NCBI RefSeq assembly: GCF_036588685.1
Contig: NC_086378.1
Span: forward strand, 88,412,001-88,476,000
Direction of reading: 5' to 3'
Length of the DNA: 64,000 nucleotides
Source: Mytilus trossulus
Lineage: Eukaryota
Below are positions 61,485 to 64,000 of the stretch, in pieces (position 1 is the stretch's first letter; each line of letters begins with the position of its first letter). A program made the position numbers and the translations under genes. The notes below the pieces were generated by a model. That model worked only from the letters and a program-made list of their open reading frames with translations. It had not been told where the DNA came from and made no database searches.

Positions 61485-61745
61485 CGCATTTTACGCCTGT
61501 CCCAAGTGAAGAGCCTCTGGGCTGTGTTAGTCTTGTATATTTCTTTCATTTTATGTGTTTTGGAGTTTAGTGTGACGTCCTTTTTCACTGAACTGTATAC
61601 AATTTTATTTAGGCGCCAGCTGAAGACCACCTAAGGGTGCAAGATTATCTCGCTGCATTGAAGACCCATTGCTGGCCTTCAGCTGTTGTATGCTCTTTTG
61701 TCGAAATGTTGTCTCTTTGACATATTCCCCATTTTTATTTTCAAT
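61485..61745 (+). repeat. Dispersed repeat (also 7980-8665 interrupted, 35040-35290)
   Basis: gcctgtcccaag..aggagcc...tttggagtttagtgtgacgtcc...gaagacccat...gttgtctctttgacatattc. Confidence 0.7.
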
Positions 61746-62042
61746 TTTAATACAATTCAAATATACTGATCTTGTGGCATAATAATTAAGCTGGTGAAAA
61801 TAAATAAGCAAAATATTATTTAACACCATGTATTAAATATAAATAACCCCATCATAGGTACCAGCGGCTTTAAATTGTGACGTTCTTTCCATCTGCCTGG
61901 TTCCAACGTCCAACAAGAAGACGTCCAGATTATGACGTTACCACTTTTCGTCGTCCGGGCTATCTTTCCCTCGCTACATCAGAACGTCCAGTTAGATATT
62001 TCTTAGTAGCAGTGTTTTCAAGAGATTTCGAAGAAAAGGAAA

Positions 62043-63689
62043 ATGGATTGTGTTTATTTTCCAGATATTTTCAACATTACTTCAGTTTCACACAGAACGT
62101 AAGTCTTTTTAAAAGAAAAATTGTCCTTTGATCAATCTTCTTTGTAAATACATTTTTTCACGGTCAGAATTCGGGAAAAAGGGGAAGGGTTACGTAATAT
62201 AATTGTTACTTCATGAGTTTAGTTATTTGCTTGGAAAATGAATTGATTTAAAAATATATCTTCTTAAATCTATATATAACCTCTGTCTGCTGAAACGAGT
62301 TCACAATTTTTGCTCACCATATGCAGTGAAATCGTTCTTAAAAAAAACCCTCAAGGATTATGTCATAAAGAAAATTAAAAAATATGTCTACTACAGGTGT
62401 TCTCACTTGGTGTCGAGCGTAATTCGTTTTTTTTTCTTTCTCTACAGAATCGATGTATTCGCTACCATGAACGAGTCCCTTGAGGTGAACTTCAATTCGG
62501 GAACTTCAGATTTCCCAAGACAACAGATACATGACATCATGCATGCAATGGTGAATTACAGACAGAATACGGGTAAGATTTTAAGTAACGTTAAGGATTT
62601 CTAAGGTAGTGACCATAAACATCCAAATAACCTTACGTGTCCGTTGTTGCTTAATTATTACTAAATAAACTCATATCCAATCTGTAGATAAAAGCTTTGA
62701 ATAGGCTTACTGAATTGAATTTGAATGAATGAATAAATGAATGAATCTTTATTGCAAAGCATAGACATGCTATGGCAAAATTAACAACATATATATAATC
62801 TATACATGTATTTACCAAATGTTTTACAAAATAATGTATAATGATACGTATCATAGATAAAAGGAACTAGAAAAATAAACCTTATGAACTTGGTTTAAAT
62901 TTAAAATTGGCATCTTCACATTGACCTTAATATTACCTTAGATTTTCCTTTTTAATTTTATTCTTTTTTATTATATCATTTAAGTTTATATTTATTTAAT
63001 CATTTTAAGTTTTTTCAAATACTCAACTAGAAATAAAAGTTGCATAATTTGTTTTCCAGATTTCCCGGAAATAAACAAATTGCTTTATCTCCTAACTGAG
63101 ATGGTGTTGGGTGTGGTTGAATCTCACCAATCAGCAAGCTTTAACAGTAAGAAGTCCGTTGCTAGAAGAATCCAGAACAAACTCCTTAAACTGGTTCCAT
63201 CATCTCACAGCATGCACACAATCCCAACGTAAGTTGTTAGATCATTTAGAGATACAACAGAATTTTTTCTTGTATGATTTTCAAAATTATTCGTTACTAA
63301 AAGCATGAAAATATACTTTCTGGATGTATAAGATATGTCGGACTAACTAAAATGAAACCGACTTATATTATAGTTTAACTTCAACCGTATATTTATATTT
63401 TTATAAAGATGTACATTTTGTATATCAAAATTATATTCTTCAACTGGATAAGAAACACTCCTGCAAAGATGATTCCTGATACATTTATGGAAGTTAATTA
63501 CAAGAGTTGAGTTCTATTTCGAATACGCAAATATCTGATATTTTTACGAAAGAAATTTTTCATATCAAATTACACATTTTCAGGTTTGATCATGTTAAAA
63601 CTGAGGAATATTATACAGATGTCGATGAAATGTATAAACTGATGAGAACACACAAACATATATACAAAGAAATGCAAAGACAACAAGAG
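62043..63689 (+). CDS. 5' exons of an uncharacterised protein-coding gene (continues beyond window)
   Basis: Exons 62043-62098, 62448-62572, 63060-63228, 63584-63689 with GT-AG sites and matching phases 2,1,2,0. MDCVYFPDIFNITSVSHRTIDVFATMNESLEVNF...DFPEINKLLYLLTEMVLGVVE...EMQRQQE. No domain recognised. Confidence 0.7.
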
Positions 63690-64000
63690 GTAATTTCAAA
63701 TAGAAAACTTTTGTAAACAAAATTTTCTGCAAGTGGTTAGTTTAATTAATAATTATTTTCAATACCTTTTGTTAACAATTGAGAAATTGTAATATTGTTT
63801 ATGTGACTTTTATTGTGTTTCCTCCTTGTCGAAGGCCGAAATCATCATCAACTACTTTTCGGAGAACTCTATTTAACGACCATTTTAGAATTATTGGTCC
63901 ATATTACATGGTTTTCCACACAAAATTCTATAGTGTTTTCAAATACTCAACTAGTTTTAAGCTATTGATAAATAATGCAGTGTGCATATGGCTTACAACT

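Overview
AT-rich, intron-rich animal genomic DNA. The repeat families and gene content suggest a bivalve mollusc (Mytilus-like); this is inference. Six spliced genes were reconstructed by hand from splice sites and reading-frame phase: (1) a secreted two-Ig protein (2740-7368, +); (2,3) two tandem paralogues encoding Kazal-like domain / Thr-Pro-Lys-rich linker / Kazal domain (12196-17060 and 19204-23298, +); (4) a class C GPCR of GABA-B/GPR156 type that appears to lack a Venus-flytrap domain (25885-29910, -); (5) a type I membrane receptor, Ig-Ig-F5/8C-Ig-Ig-Ig-Ig-TM, with an ITIM-like/YxxM/polyproline tail (34767-54248, +); (6) the 5' part of an unknown gene (62043 onward, +). The most striking non-coding signal is 12 minimal type I hammerhead ribozyme motifs inside a ~360-370 nt retrozyme-like repeat. 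Its copies share a fixed end ~35-40 nt past the cleavage site, one has terminal redundancy, and a hairpin covaries between copies. The window also has an intact 970-aa Penelope-like retroelement with an N-terminal GIY-YIG domain (Naiad-type) nested in a 5.5-kb TIR element, Helentron-associated elements with shared ends but different tandem cores, several MITE/foldback elements and a 3.9-kb array of an 87-bp satellite. All coordinates were read by eye and may be off by a few bases.
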